A model generated the notes under the pieces. The model had not been told where the DNA came from. It made no database searches and saw only the letters and a list, made by a program, of their open reading frames with translations. Shown piece after piece: positions 38,200 to 48,670 of a stretch of 64,000 nt of DNA. The first letter of the stretch is position 1. Each line of letters starts with the position of its first letter. Origin of the DNA: Candidatus Roizmanbacteria bacterium (GTDB taxonomy: Bacteria > Patescibacteriota > Microgenomatia > UBA1406); assembly GCA_024654535.1 (NCBI GenBank), contig JANLHL010000038.1:237299-301298 (forward strand), written 5' to 3'. The position numbers and the translations under genes were made by a program.

Positions 38200-39786
38200 A
38201 TGAATAGGTTTATACATCGAAAATCTGTATTTGTTTTACTATCTATTTTTATTTTTGGTTTATTTTTAAGGGTCAATAATCTTCATGACATTTTTTTTTA
38301 TGGACATGATCAAGCGCGAGATTTTCATGCGGTTTTCGAAATGCTCACTATCCCAAAATTAAAAATAACTGGTCCTGGTACAGATATCCCAGGACTATTT
38401 GCAGGACCTCTATTCTATTATCTTGCTGCCATTCCCTCTATGCTATTTCGCTTCAATCCGAATGCATTTGCAATTCTTCTTATTTGCATCAATCTCTTAG
38501 GTATCCCATTGATATATATATTGGGCAAGCGATATGCGAATTTCACTGTAGGTATAGTTGCAGCATTTTTATGGGCATTGTCGTTTGAATTGTCCAATTT
38601 TTCACGTTTTATTTCAAACCCATCGCTTTTGCCAATATCAGGTTTGATTTTTTTCCTAGGACTATATTTATTTTTTTTTGAGAAAAAACAAAAAGGACTT
38701 CTTATAAGCATTGTTGGTTATGGATTGGCAACTCAGACAGAGTTTTACCCTGTATACTTAGGCATATTGTATCCACTTTTTTTTTGGTTGTATAAGACTT
38801 TTCCAACTCGAAAAACTAGTATATACAGCATTATTTTGGTTGTACTATTTTTTTCAAGTTTTGTTCTAGCAGAAGTTAAATTTCATTTTATGGGAGTGCA
38901 ATCCTTATTTGCATACCTGAGTGAGCCACATGGGTATATGACCTTAATGGATAGTATTAGACTTTATTACAGCAGTCTTGCTCGAACGCTTTCGTTGAAT
39001 ATTTTTGGGATGGGAAAGTCGATTTCTTTTATTCTTTTTTTTCTGTTATACGGTATATTTCTTTTTTTACCATTTGAAAAGAAGAAAAAACTTTTTTTAT
39101 CTGTTTGGTTGTTTGCAACAGTTCCTTTGTCTATATTTAAAACCAATCTTGTCGGTGGTAATTTTGTACATAGCCCTCTCTATGCAAGTTATATTTTAGT
39201 AGTTGCGATTGTGATAGGTACAGCTCTTGAGACGAAAAAATTTCGTTTCATGGGCATATTGGTGTTGCTCATAGTAACTTTTTTTCAGTTACGATTATAT
39301 GTTCGAGACAACTTTACTGAAAGTTTTGTATTAGGCCATCAGCCTATGACGTACCACGATGAAAAACAAGTAGTGTTATATACCTATGAGCAAGCCCATG
39401 GAAAACCTTTCAGTATATGTTCAGTGAGTAATCCTTTATTCGTCAATATTCTTTGGTCTGCTGTTTATACATTGAATGGTGAAAAGTATGGGTACTTGCC
39501 ATTTTGGGCTGGGCCTTCTCAGGGTGCGAGTGCAACATTTTTGCAACCAGACTCAGATCATGTTCCACTAAGGTTCCTTATAATAGAGCCGAGCAATCAA
39601 CTACCCGAGCATGCGCTTCCAACTACATTGTATGCTGAAAACAAAATATCTCGAGTAGTTGAAGAAAAAATATTTGGGAAAATTAGGGTGCAAAAACGTG
39701 TGGTAGACACAAATAGAAAAATACGTGAGAATTCAAAATATGAGGAAATTTTGAAGCGTGACAACCGTTATGGTTGTTTTTTTTAA
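38200..39786 (+). CDS. GT-C membrane glycosyltransferase (ArnT/PMT-like)
   Basis: FYGHDQARD, GPLFYY, SRFISNP, many TM segments. Confidence 0.78.
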   Translation: MNRFIHRKSVFVLLSIFIFGLFLRVNNLHDIFFYGHDQARDFHAVFEMLTIPKLKITGPGTDIPGLFAGPLFYYLAAIPSMLFRFNPNAFAILLICINLLGIPLIYILGKRYANFTVGIVAAFLWALSFELSNFSRFISNPSLLPISGLIFFLGLYLFFFEKKQKGLLISIVGYGLATQTEFYPVYLGILYPLFFWLYKTFPTRKTSIYSIILVVLFFSSFVLAEVKFHFMGVQSLFAYLSEPHGYMTLMDSIRLYYSSLARTLSLNIFGMGKSISFILFFLLYGIFLFLPFEKKKKLFLSVWLFATVPLSIFKTNLVGGNFVHSPLYASYILVVAIVIGTALETKKFRFMGILVLLIVTFFQLRLYVRDNFTESFVLGHQPMTYHDEKQVVLYTYEQAHGKPFSICSVSNPLFVNILWSAVYTLNGEKYGYLPFWAGPSQGASATFLQPDSDHVPLRFLIIEPSNQLPEHALPTTLYAENKISRVVEEKIFGKIRVQKRVVDTNRKIRENSKYEEILKRDNRYGCFF

Positions 39787-39912
39787 CCTAAAGAAAGCTG
39801 TGAGGCAGAGGTTAAAAAAACCAAAATTTAAAAAACATATTTAGTTCAATTATTAAGTATTACCCAGTTGTCCTATTTTTATCGAGGGTTTATTGCATTG
39901 GAAATATGGGTC

Positions 39913-41235
39913 TTACATACGTGAAGCTGCATACCATAAAGCCATAAGTGGATTATCTGGCACTGTTGGAATTTCCAGTTCGGAAGCATGAAATGCTGTT
40001 TGCACTACTTGTTCAATTGACGCACCAACAAGATTAGGATTCCCTAATATTTGTCCTGCGGCTACGTTCTTTCCTTCGTGGCCATCTCCAAAAATTCCTG
40101 CAAATGGAATATTATTATAAACTGATCCATCTGGCCTGTAACCTCTATACATCATCAGTGGCCCTTCACCCTTTCCACATACTAGATCAGCAGAGCCTGG
40201 AGGTACTTGACCATATCTTTGGCAGGTTGCAGAATCATTTCGTTCCTTTCCAAGTACGTAGGAATCTCTTTCTGATACTGCGTTGAATGGGTTACTGTCG
40301 TATAGTATTTCAACACCATTATAAAGTCCTAATTTTTTTGCACAGTCTGTGAGTGCTTCAAAGTGTTTTCTATGTGTTACTGTATGAATGGCGACTGCAA
40401 GTTTGTCAGATTGTATTCTTTTAGCCTGACTGGTAAGTAGCTCCTTTGTCCATTCTTCTGTTTCGCGGTGAGGATTACCACTGAAATCTACTGCAATTTT
40501 CGTAGTTCCACATTTGTTACCGGCTAAGCCGAGCATATGCATTGGATTTGTGGGCGTACCCCATGGCAAAATATGTTGGTCATCTAAATGCTTTCGTCTC
40601 GATAAACATTCACGAGCAGTACCAATGTCATGGGTTACTGAATATTCTTCACATCCTGCTGGCTCATCATCCACCATTGCTTCATATTCCTTACCCTTCC
40701 ATGGGTCAGGTGTAACTGCAATTTTCGCTGCAGTATTTCCAAATACCCCTCTTCGTATTAAGTCATTTGCAGTATATGCTGCCGCCACATATGTCGTGAC
40801 AATGAGAATTGGTCCACCTCTATTTACCTGCATACTTTGTATAGCCTCAGATACTGCCTTCCCATTGGCCATGCGCTTGCCTCCATAGTTGATAACGCGG
40901 TTGGGTAGTAGTGCTGTTGCTGCCTCTACTTGAGTAAGTATTCCAAAGTTTTGAGCCTTTGCATATAGTTTAGGAACAAAGCCATTACCCACATCCAATA
41001 CCCAATGTTGATATGGAATATTTCCTAATGCGCAATATTCTGCATACGCATTTGCTTCTCTTAAATGTCCAAAGCCGATACCTCCAAATGCAGAAAGAAT
41101 AAAGACTTGGCCATTTTTTCCTAGAAGATTTCTTAATTCATTTAAATAATGATGGGCGGTATTAATATCAATACAGCCCAGCGAGGGAAAGTCATGTCTC
41201 TTTTGTTCCTGATGCTCACTATTTATGCCCCACAT
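39913..41235 (-). CDS. divergent GT-B glycosyltransferase (MGDG synthase/UgtP-like)
   Basis: ILSAFGGIGFGHLREANA, IVTTY, VTPD, PWGTP, GHEGKN. Confidence 0.55.
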   Translation of the reverse strand: MWGINSEHQEQKRHDFPSLGCIDINTAHHYLNELRNLLGKNGQVFILSAFGGIGFGHLREANAYAEYCALGNIPYQHWVLDVGNGFVPKLYAKAQNFGILTQVEAATALLPNRVINYGGKRMANGKAVSEAIQSMQVNRGGPILIVTTYVAAAYTANDLIRRGVFGNTAAKIAVTPDPWKGKEYEAMVDDEPAGCEEYSVTHDIGTARECLSRRKHLDDQHILPWGTPTNPMHMLGLAGNKCGTTKIAVDFSGNPHRETEEWTKELLTSQAKRIQSDKLAVAIHTVTHRKHFEALTDCAKKLGLYNGVEILYDSNPFNAVSERDSYVLGKERNDSATCQRYGQVPPGSADLVCGKGEGPLMMYRGYRPDGSVYNNIPFAGIFGDGHEGKNVAAGQILGNPNLVGASIEQVVQTAFHASELEIPTVPDNPLMALWYAASRM

Positions 41236-41368
41236 ATATACATAATAAATATGTATATATAGTATACCACATTGTGGGTTTCTCTTTCATTTCCTTGTCT
41301 AAACCTTCAATGTCTATTTTATAGTGCAGTGTATAGTAGGTGATGATTGAGTTTGTTACAATACGCGT

Positions 41369-42004
41369 ATGAAAAAACCGACGATACTTTATTTTGTACG
41401 CCATGGAGAGACTGTATGGAATGTACAAAAACGTATTCAAGGTCATAAAGACATACGCTTAAATAGAGAAGGAAGAGAGCAGGCTCATACAACAGCTCAA
41501 AAACTGTTTTCGGAAATCACACACGTCCACGCAATTATTTCATCTGATTTACAAAGAACCGCTCAAACAGCAGAAATTATTGCTGAATATTTTAATACGC
41601 CTGTTACGTTTACCACTAGGCTTCGAGAACGAGACTTTGGATCCTTTTCAGGAAAGTCATACAAACAAATATCTACTCTGTTAAAAGATGCATATAAAGT
41701 TTTTGATGGGCTTTCAGAAGAGGATAAATTCGATTTCAGTTTGCATCCTGAGATAGAATCTGAACGGAAACTTCGTACGAGAGTAATGAGTTGTATCGAG
41801 GATACCGTAAACACGTACTCTGGAAAAACTGTTGTCATTGTAACGCATGGTGGAGTATTGCGATCTATTCTTACCGCAATGCAACTCCTTACGACACACG
41901 ATCACGGTCGTATTCATATTGGAAATGGAGCATATTTTGCAATCCGTTTTGAAAGTGGCACATATTTTCTTGCTCTAAGCGAGGGTGTAACATTCCCAAA
42001 ATAA
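41369..42004 (+). CDS. histidine phosphatase family protein
   Basis: VRHGETVWN, SSDLQRTAQTA, LRERDFG, VTHGG. Confidence 0.93.
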   Translation: MKKPTILYFVRHGETVWNVQKRIQGHKDIRLNREGREQAHTTAQKLFSEITHVHAIISSDLQRTAQTAEIIAEYFNTPVTFTTRLRERDFGSFSGKSYKQISTLLKDAYKVFDGLSEEDKFDFSLHPEIESERKLRTRVMSCIEDTVNTYSGKTVVIVTHGGVLRSILTAMQLLTTHDHGRIHIGNGAYFAIRFESGTYFLALSEGVTFPK

Positions 42005-42059
42005 TTTTCATACCATTATCGTTTGACACGAACATGCGTAATTAGTAGTATGGTTGGAC

Positions 42060-42809
42060 ATGACAACAGTGAAACAACTTGAACAGGCGGTTTTTGATTT
42101 GCAAAAAACTATTCGTTCACTCATGATGGTCGTAATTGCTTTGTTTGTATTAACAGCAGGGTACATTGGTTATAAAGAGTTTTATCAGTCAAAAACAGTC
42201 GCCGCTCAGGTGGTGGCCGACGCTCAGCAACCTCCGGCGGAGCAATTTGGTCTATTAAAAGACTATCCCAAACTCGACAAGAATGATCATATAAAGGGAG
42301 ACAGGAGTGCTAAATATTTATTGATTGAGTATTCAGATTTTGAGTGTCCGTTTTGTAAGCAATTTCATGATACAGCGATTCAGTTTTTGAAAGAATATGG
42401 GTCTGAAGCTGCTTTGGTGTACCGTCATTATCCTTTAGCTCAGATTCATTCGAAGGCGACAGATGAAGCGATAGCTTCTGAGTGTGTTGCTTCATTAGGA
42501 GGTAACGAGGCTTTTTGGAAGTTTGCAGAGGGTCTTTTTGCGGTAACCCCTTCGAACGATGGACTTGATCAAACGTTATTACCTGGTTTAGCAGTGAGTG
42601 CAGGGGTAGATCAGGCTGCATTTGAAAATTGTTTTAACCAGAAGGAAACAGCAAAAGTTGTAGAAGATCAATTTAAATCGGGTGTCAGTTTTGGCGTACG
42701 TGGTACTCCGGGAAGCTTCCTCATTAATACGAAAAATGGGAAAGCCGTTTCGATCCCAGGGGCTCTTCCGTATGAAGTTTTTAAGCAAGCACTCGATAAG
42801 ATTAAGTAA
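42060..42809 (+). CDS. membrane-anchored DsbA-family thioredoxin
   Basis: TM segment, EYSDFECPFCKQFH, YRHYPL, GVRGTP. Confidence 0.9.
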   Translation: MTTVKQLEQAVFDLQKTIRSLMMVVIALFVLTAGYIGYKEFYQSKTVAAQVVADAQQPPAEQFGLLKDYPKLDKNDHIKGDRSAKYLLIEYSDFECPFCKQFHDTAIQFLKEYGSEAALVYRHYPLAQIHSKATDEAIASECVASLGGNEAFWKFAEGLFAVTPSNDGLDQTLLPGLAVSAGVDQAAFENCFNQKETAKVVEDQFKSGVSFGVRGTPGSFLINTKNGKAVSIPGALPYEVFKQALDKIK

Positions 42810-42817
42810 GGATACTC

Positions 42818-43234
42818 ATGGGACAACAAGATGAGGGAAGTCAGGTTAAAAACCATACCCCTATTTCTGTAAATTCTTCGGTTGTCGCTTCAGGCAAGGA
42901 ATCAGAACCCTTGCGAGTAAGTGAAACCATTTCATCTCCCGATTTGGAAGCTTCTTTAGAAGCAACGACGGAGGAATTTATAGAAGAGATACCGCATGTT
43001 CCTGAGATTACGGAAGAAATGAAAAAGGCAGGCGTGCAACATCCGACAACATCCGTACTTATTAATGGGAAGGAATTTAAATTTCCAATGGCTTTAGAGG
43101 AAGTTTCAGATGGATTAAAACAGCCTTCAACATCAGGTAAACACTGGCTCGCGCTATTTATAGAATACATACTCGCAAAACTTGGCTTTAAAATTGTCGA
43201 TAAAAAGGGGAAAAGTCAAGTTATACGCCGATGA
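42818..43234 (+). CDS. hypothetical protein
   Basis: 138-aa acidic ORF in an operon-like arrangement. Confidence 0.7.
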   Translation: MGQQDEGSQVKNHTPISVNSSVVASGKESEPLRVSETISSPDLEASLEATTEEFIEEIPHVPEITEEMKKAGVQHPTTSVLINGKEFKFPMALEEVSDGLKQPSTSGKHWLALFIEYILAKLGFKIVDKKGKSQVIRR

Positions 43235-43530
43235 TTCGTTTGATTACATGCATAACTGCTGCCATACTTCTCGTTTTGTGTACTTTCTTTGTGCCACCTG
43301 TTCAATGGTATATTGTTGGGGGATACATACTTCTCTTTTCTACCACAGTATCCATTTGCATTTCGTATTTCCTTGGATATCGTATTAGTGTATATATTGG
43401 GACTTCTGTAGGATTTTTGCTTTACCTTTTTTGGCAGGGAATATTTGGTTTCGAGTTTGTAGGGCTACTTTTTTTGGCGATCGTCGCATTTGAAATTATG
43501 TATCGGATAGGTATTCGTATGATACAATAG
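43231..43530 (+). CDS. small membrane protein (about 4 TM)
   Basis: Hydrophobic 99-aa ORF; ATGA overlap with the previous gene. Confidence 0.65.
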   Translation: MIRLITCITAAILLVLCTFFVPPVQWYIVGGYILLFSTTVSICISYFLGYRISVYIGTSVGFLLYLFWQGIFGFEFVGLLFLAIVAFEIMYRIGIRMIQ

Positions 43531-43535
43531 GGTAT

Positions 43536-45020
43536 ATGGTACGGCGCGTTGTGACTTCACAAAGATTTTATGAAATACTGGTTCCTATCGTAACGTGGCT
43601 TATAATTACCACACCCATATGGCTATCTCCCTTTTTTCCAGCGCTTGTTGCCTATTTCATCATAGTTTTTGATGTCTATTTCTTTTATAGAACATTTAAG
43701 ACTGTAGTATTGGCAACAATATCATACATGCGTATAAAGCAGGCAAATAAGATTGATTGGTATAAACGAGCACGTTTTTGTGCGTCATTTGACAAAATAA
43801 ACCACGTTATTATTGTCACTAACTATAAAGAAACAAAGCGGAAATTAAGAATTACCTTAGACGCAATAGCTAAGCAGCGATACGCAAAAAATCATATTCA
43901 TATAGTGCTTGCAATGGAGGAAGCAGAGGGTAGTGCAGCACATGATAGAGCTAACAAGCTTATTTCAGAATATAAGGCATCTATAGCCAGTATTGCAGCA
44001 ACATTTCATCTATTGAAACCAGGTGAAGAAAAAGGAAAGGCCAGCAATGAAACGTGGGCAGCGCGCTATATATCACGAATAGCCGTAAAGAAAAAATGGG
44101 ACCCAAAAAATATTATCGTAACGTCGTGTGATGCCGATAGCGTACTTGATAATCAGTATTTAGCTTGTGTTACCTATCAGTATTTGACGTATCGTGATGC
44201 GCAATACAAGTTTTATTGGGCGCCACTTTTATTGTATTCAAACTATTGGAAGTTAAATTTCTTTATTCGAATACAAACAACCATTTCATCCATTATGCGT
44301 TTAGCCTTCTTATCTGAAACAAGCAACCTCATACAAATATCTACCTATAGCATGAGTTTATGGCTTCTCGAAAAGGTAGATTATTGGGATGTTGACATCA
44401 TTCCAGAAGATTGGCACATTTTTCTACAAGCATTTGTGAAATTTGGCTCAGTCGTTGAAACGAAGCCCGTGTACCTCATTACGACTGGAGATGGTGTGAG
44501 TGGTAAGAATTTTGTCGATTCTATACGCAATAGATATGAACAAGAGAAGAGATGGGCATGGGGAGTCACAGATATTCCTTACGCAATTGAACAACTTATT
44601 CATGCTTCTCACATTAGTATAGTAGATCGTTTTTTTAGAATATTGAGCGTGTTGCAAACTCATATTTTGTGGCCATCATCTTTTTTTGTACTTACGCTTG
44701 GTGCGACTATTCCTATGTTTTTAAACCCGTATTTTAAGCAAACCGCATTGGGATATTTACTACCAAAAGTTGCCGGAAGTATACTGACTTTGACAACGTC
44801 GTTTGTACTTATTATTGCGATCCTCGACTTTCAATCAAAACGTCATTTTCTCAATAAACGAGAAACACCCAAAGTACCATTACTTATGCTGCAGTGGATT
44901 TTATTTCCAATATTGTCGCCAATAATATCTGCATTTTTGTCATCTTTGCCAGCATTAGAATCTCACACGCGCATGTTATTCGGAAAAAAGATAGACTATA
45001 AAGTAACAAAAAAAAGTTAA
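43536..45020 (+). CDS. membrane GT2 glycosyltransferase (processive type)
   Basis: NYKE, KGKASN, CDADS, PEDW, QEKRWAWG (QxxRW), TM segments at both ends. Confidence 0.85.
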   Translation: MVRRVVTSQRFYEILVPIVTWLIITTPIWLSPFFPALVAYFIIVFDVYFFYRTFKTVVLATISYMRIKQANKIDWYKRARFCASFDKINHVIIVTNYKETKRKLRITLDAIAKQRYAKNHIHIVLAMEEAEGSAAHDRANKLISEYKASIASIAATFHLLKPGEEKGKASNETWAARYISRIAVKKKWDPKNIIVTSCDADSVLDNQYLACVTYQYLTYRDAQYKFYWAPLLLYSNYWKLNFFIRIQTTISSIMRLAFLSETSNLIQISTYSMSLWLLEKVDYWDVDIIPEDWHIFLQAFVKFGSVVETKPVYLITTGDGVSGKNFVDSIRNRYEQEKRWAWGVTDIPYAIEQLIHASHISIVDRFFRILSVLQTHILWPSSFFVLTLGATIPMFLNPYFKQTALGYLLPKVAGSILTLTTSFVLIIAILDFQSKRHFLNKRETPKVPLLMLQWILFPILSPIISAFLSSLPALESHTRMLFGKKIDYKVTKKS

Positions 45021-45067
45021 GATTGAAAAGTCAGAAATAATAATTAAAATAAATCGGTGAATTTTCA

Positions 45068-45394
45068 ATGAATAAATCATTTGTTCAGTTGTTACAAAAT
45101 AAATTTGCATGGTTTGGACTTTTTGGGCTAACATATGTGATATCCTTTTTCTATCTTCCTCAACAGGTCCCACTCTATTATTCAACTCTTCTACGAGAAG
45201 ATAAGTTAGCTAATAAATATGAATTGCTGCTCATTCCACTTTTCCTAATAATTCTATTTATATTATGGGAACGGATATTTATAAAATTGACACTTGGGAA
45301 TGAATATATACAGAAACTTGGACAAGGGTTTATTGTATTTTTGGCATGTATGGCGTATGGTAGTTTTGTAAAAATTATATTGAGCGTCATATGA
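45068..45394 (+). CDS. small membrane protein (DUF1648-like)
   Basis: LPQQVPLYYS motif, 3 TM segments. Confidence 0.65.
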   Translation: MNKSFVQLLQNKFAWFGLFGLTYVISFFYLPQQVPLYYSTLLREDKLANKYELLLIPLFLIILFILWERIFIKLTLGNEYIQKLGQGFIVFLACMAYGSFVKIILSVI

Positions 45395-46440
45395 TTGTGC
45401 CTGTTATTCTTGCCGGGCTAGTTTCTTTTATTTGTACACCGATTGTTATACGTATAGCTCGGAAAATAGGCCTTACCACCGATGCTGAATTAGGTACTCA
45501 TCCTGCACATACCCATAGTGGGGTTCTGCCCCGTGGAGGCGGCATTCCTATATATATAGGTTTATTGGTCGCTTTTTGGCCATTTTTGGCGAATAAAATC
45601 GTTTTGTCTATTATGTTGGGGGGAGCAATACTCATCATAGTAGGTTTGATAGATGATAAGTATGGATTGTCGCCATATTTGCGATTCATTCTTAATATAT
45701 GTGCTGCTGCCGTTGCAGTTGTTGGCGGTATCGGTATTCCATTCTTAAGTAATCCATTTGGCGCGATTATTGATTTGCATGGATTTATTCTCAATGTAAC
45801 TGTATTGGGCACGAGTGTACATTTATTGTGGTTAGCAGATTTAATTGCTATTCTGTGGATTGTTTGGTGTATGAATATGGTTAACTGGAGCAAGGGGGTA
45901 GATGGACAGTTACCTGGATTTGTTGTCATTACGGCATTTTTCTTGGGTATTTTGGCACTGCGATTTTCACGTCACGACATATCTAAAGAGTTAGTTACTA
46001 TGCTTGCATTTGCTACAGGAGCGTCTTTTTTAGGCTTTTTACCATGGAATTTTTATCCTCAAAAAATATTGCCGGGTTATGGTGCAGGTTCGCTTGCGGG
46101 ATATATGCTTGCCGTTCTCTCAATTCTTTCATGGGGTAAATTAGGAACACTTCTGCTGGTGTTATCCCTGCCTTTAACCGATGCGGTTATAGTGTTTATG
46201 CGTCGGATAAAAAGTAAAAAATCGCCATTCAATGCAGATCGAACACACTTTCATCATAGCCTGTTGGATATGGGTTGGGGTAGAAGGCGTATTGCGGTGT
46301 TTTATTGGCTAGTTTCGCTCGTCTTTGGTATATTTTCACTTGTGGTAACTTCACAGACAAAGTTATTTGGATTCGTGTTACTCATAGCAGTGTTGACTGC
46401 TATTATTGTTTGGAGCTACACAATGGCACGTAGTAAGTAG
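45391..46440 (+). CDS. WecA/TagO-like undecaprenyl-phosphate sugar-1-phosphate transferase (MraY family)
   Basis: PRGGGI, GLIDDKY, NMVNWSKGVDG, FLPWNFYP, ADRTHFHH. Confidence 0.9.
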   Translation: MIVPVILAGLVSFICTPIVIRIARKIGLTTDAELGTHPAHTHSGVLPRGGGIPIYIGLLVAFWPFLANKIVLSIMLGGAILIIVGLIDDKYGLSPYLRFILNICAAAVAVVGGIGIPFLSNPFGAIIDLHGFILNVTVLGTSVHLLWLADLIAILWIVWCMNMVNWSKGVDGQLPGFVVITAFFLGILALRFSRHDISKELVTMLAFATGASFLGFLPWNFYPQKILPGYGAGSLAGYMLAVLSILSWGKLGTLLLVLSLPLTDAVIVFMRRIKSKKSPFNADRTHFHHSLLDMGWGRRRIAVFYWLVSLVFGIFSLVVTSQTKLFGFVLLIAVLTAIIVWSYTMARSK

Positions 46441-46486
46441 TTGCGTATTATTATTTAATTTCTCATTTTTGTCTTATACTTGAAGC

Positions 46487-47338
46487 ATGGTACGAAAAAA
46501 AATTGCCGTTCTTTTTATTTCTATAGCTGTATTTGCAGCTGGATTTTTTACTTACCAGTATTTTTTCCCTGATAATATATTTGTTCGTATTTTAAATGGC
46601 ATGGGGGATGTAAGTATAGAATCTACCCCTACTGCAACCGTATTTGTCGATAATAAAGTAATGGGACAAACGCCTGTGCAGTTTGCATTGAGAGAAGGGG
46701 TATATAAAATCAAGCTTGTCCCCGATGCAACAGTGAAGAAGACGTATACTACGTGGTCTGATTCAATTAGAATTTATAGGAACACGACTGCCTATATTCA
46801 TCGTGTATTAGGCAGTGATGCCGCGTCATCTGCTGGAGAAGTACTAACGCTTGAGAAATCAACAAGTAAGATGGGGCAGCTTTTAATCAGTACTAACCCT
46901 GCCGGCATGTTTGTATCGCTTGACGGTGAAGATAGGGGGTTATCTACTCTGTTTGTCGATGGGGTAACAGCTGGGGAACATGAAGTAGGAGTCCGCGGGG
47001 AAGGTCTATTACCAAGAAGTATTCCTATTAACGTCGTTGAAGGCTACAAATTATTAATTTCTATAAAGGCTGCGGTTGATTCTGACTACAAGAAAAAGCA
47101 AGCAGAGAAAGTTAAATCAAAAATAGTCGAACAAAATCTGTTAGAGATTTTGTCGACTCCCACAGGTTGGTTACGCGTTCGATTTGAACCTTCTATTGAG
47201 GCAAGTGAAGCGGCAAGGGTTGATACTGGTAAAAAATTTACCTACCTTGATGAGCAAGAGGGGTGGTATCAGATTGAATATGAAAAAGGAAAAAAAGGTT
47301 GGGTCAGTGCCGAATATGCAAGCCCTGTTAAGAAATAG
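46487..47338 (+). CDS. membrane-anchored PEGA plus SH3b domain protein
   Basis: Two PEGA-like repeats (ESTPTATVFVD..GQTP and STNPAGMFVSLDG) and a C-terminal WLRVR..EPS..GWYQI..GWVS. Confidence 0.82.
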   Translation: MVRKKIAVLFISIAVFAAGFFTYQYFFPDNIFVRILNGMGDVSIESTPTATVFVDNKVMGQTPVQFALREGVYKIKLVPDATVKKTYTTWSDSIRIYRNTTAYIHRVLGSDAASSAGEVLTLEKSTSKMGQLLISTNPAGMFVSLDGEDRGLSTLFVDGVTAGEHEVGVRGEGLLPRSIPINVVEGYKLLISIKAAVDSDYKKKQAEKVKSKIVEQNLLEILSTPTGWLRVRFEPSIEASEAARVDTGKKFTYLDEQEGWYQIEYEKGKKGWVSAEYASPVKK

Positions 47339-47363
47339 TTGTGTAAATGTATCGTGTTTGCTG

Positions 47364-47392
47364 TTGCATTTCATTTTTCCCCTCTGTATAAT
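47364..47392 (+). promoter_or_regulatory. sigma70 promoter of the tuf-S10 operon (TTGCAT-17-TATAAT)
   Basis: ttgcatttcatttttcccctctgtataat. Confidence 0.72.
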
Positions 47393-47465
47393 TCCCTATA
47401 CATACCGAAACAAATAGTGAGGTATGGAGTTGTTTTATTATTTACTAGTTTAAATTAAATTGAAT

Positions 47466-48650
47466 ATGGCCATCGGAGTATACAAAAGAACCAAACCCCA
47501 TCTTAATATAGGTACTATTGGACATGTTGATCATGGAAAAAGTACTCTCACGTCTGCTATCACTCACGTTCTTGCCAAGAAAAATATGGCAACAGCTCTT
47601 ACTTATGCACAAATAGATGCAGCCCCAGAAGAGAAAGCCCGTGGCGTTACTATTAACGTACATCACTGTGAATATGAAACTGGTACTCGACATTATGCGC
47701 ATATTGACTGTCCAGGACATGCAGATTACATAAAGAATATGATTACTGGTGCTGCACAAATGGATGGTGCGATTTTGGTGGTATCTGCTCCAGATGGCCC
47801 AATGCCTCAAACAAGAGAACATATTCTGTTGGCAAAACAGGTAAACGTACCTGCAATGGTTGTATTCTTGAATAAGGTCGATATGGTTCAAGATCCTGAA
47901 TTAATTGAGCTTGTTGAAATGGAAGTACGTGATCTACTTAAGAAGTATGGCTATCCAGGAGACGATGTTCCAGTTATTAAAGGTTCAGCTCTCAAAGCAG
48001 TTGAAGGTGATCCTGAAGCTGAAAAAGCCATCGAAGAACTTATGAATGCAGTTGATACCTATATTCCAGAACCAGTGCGTGACATAGATAAACCATTTGT
48101 CATGCCTATTGAGGATATATTCTCAATCAAAGGCCGTGGAACAGTCGTTACAGGCCGTGCTGAAAGAGGAAAGATCAAGGTGAACGATGAAGTGGAAATC
48201 GTTGGTATTCGACCAACTCGTAAGACAATTATCACCGGTGTAGAGATGTTCAGAAAGAGCATGGAAGATGCGCAAGCAGGTGATAATATAGGTCTTTTAT
48301 TACGAGGTATTGAAAAAGAAGATGTGGAGCGTGGACAGGTGGTAGCAAAACCTGGTACTGTAGCGCCACATACGAAGTTCTCAGCACAATTATACATCTT
48401 GAAAAAAGATGAGGGTGGACGTCATACTCCATTTTTTAACGGTTATCGTCCACAGTTCTTCATTAGAACTGCCGACGTGACTGGTCAGGTAACACTAGAA
48501 AAAGGTGTTGAAATGGTTTCTCCAGGTGACGACGTTAAAATAACAGCAGAACTTATAGCTCCTGTTGCCATGGAAGATGGTTTGCGTTTCGCAATCCGTG
48601 AAGGTGGCAAGACAGTTGGAGCGGGAGTTATTACTAAAGTTCTGGAATAA
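47466..48650 (+). CDS. tuf: elongation factor Tu
   Basis: [33 protein letters not shown]. Confidence 0.99.
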   Translation: MAIGVYKRTKPHLNIGTIGHVDHGKSTLTSAITHVLAKKNMATALTYAQIDAAPEEKARGVTINVHHCEYETGTRHYAHIDCPGHADYIKNMITGAAQMDGAILVVSAPDGPMPQTREHILLAKQVNVPAMVVFLNKVDMVQDPELIELVEMEVRDLLKKYGYPGDDVPVIKGSALKAVEGDPEAEKAIEELMNAVDTYIPEPVRDIDKPFVMPIEDIFSIKGRGTVVTGRAERGKIKVNDEVEIVGIRPTRKTIITGVEMFRKSMEDAQAGDNIGLLLRGIEKEDVERGQVVAKPGTVAPHTKFSAQLYILKKDEGGRHTPFFNGYRPQFFIRTADVTGQVTLEKGVEMVSPGDDVKITAELIAPVAMEDGLRFAIREGGKTVGAGVITKVLE

Positions 48651-48670
48651 TATAATACTTTTGTTAGATA

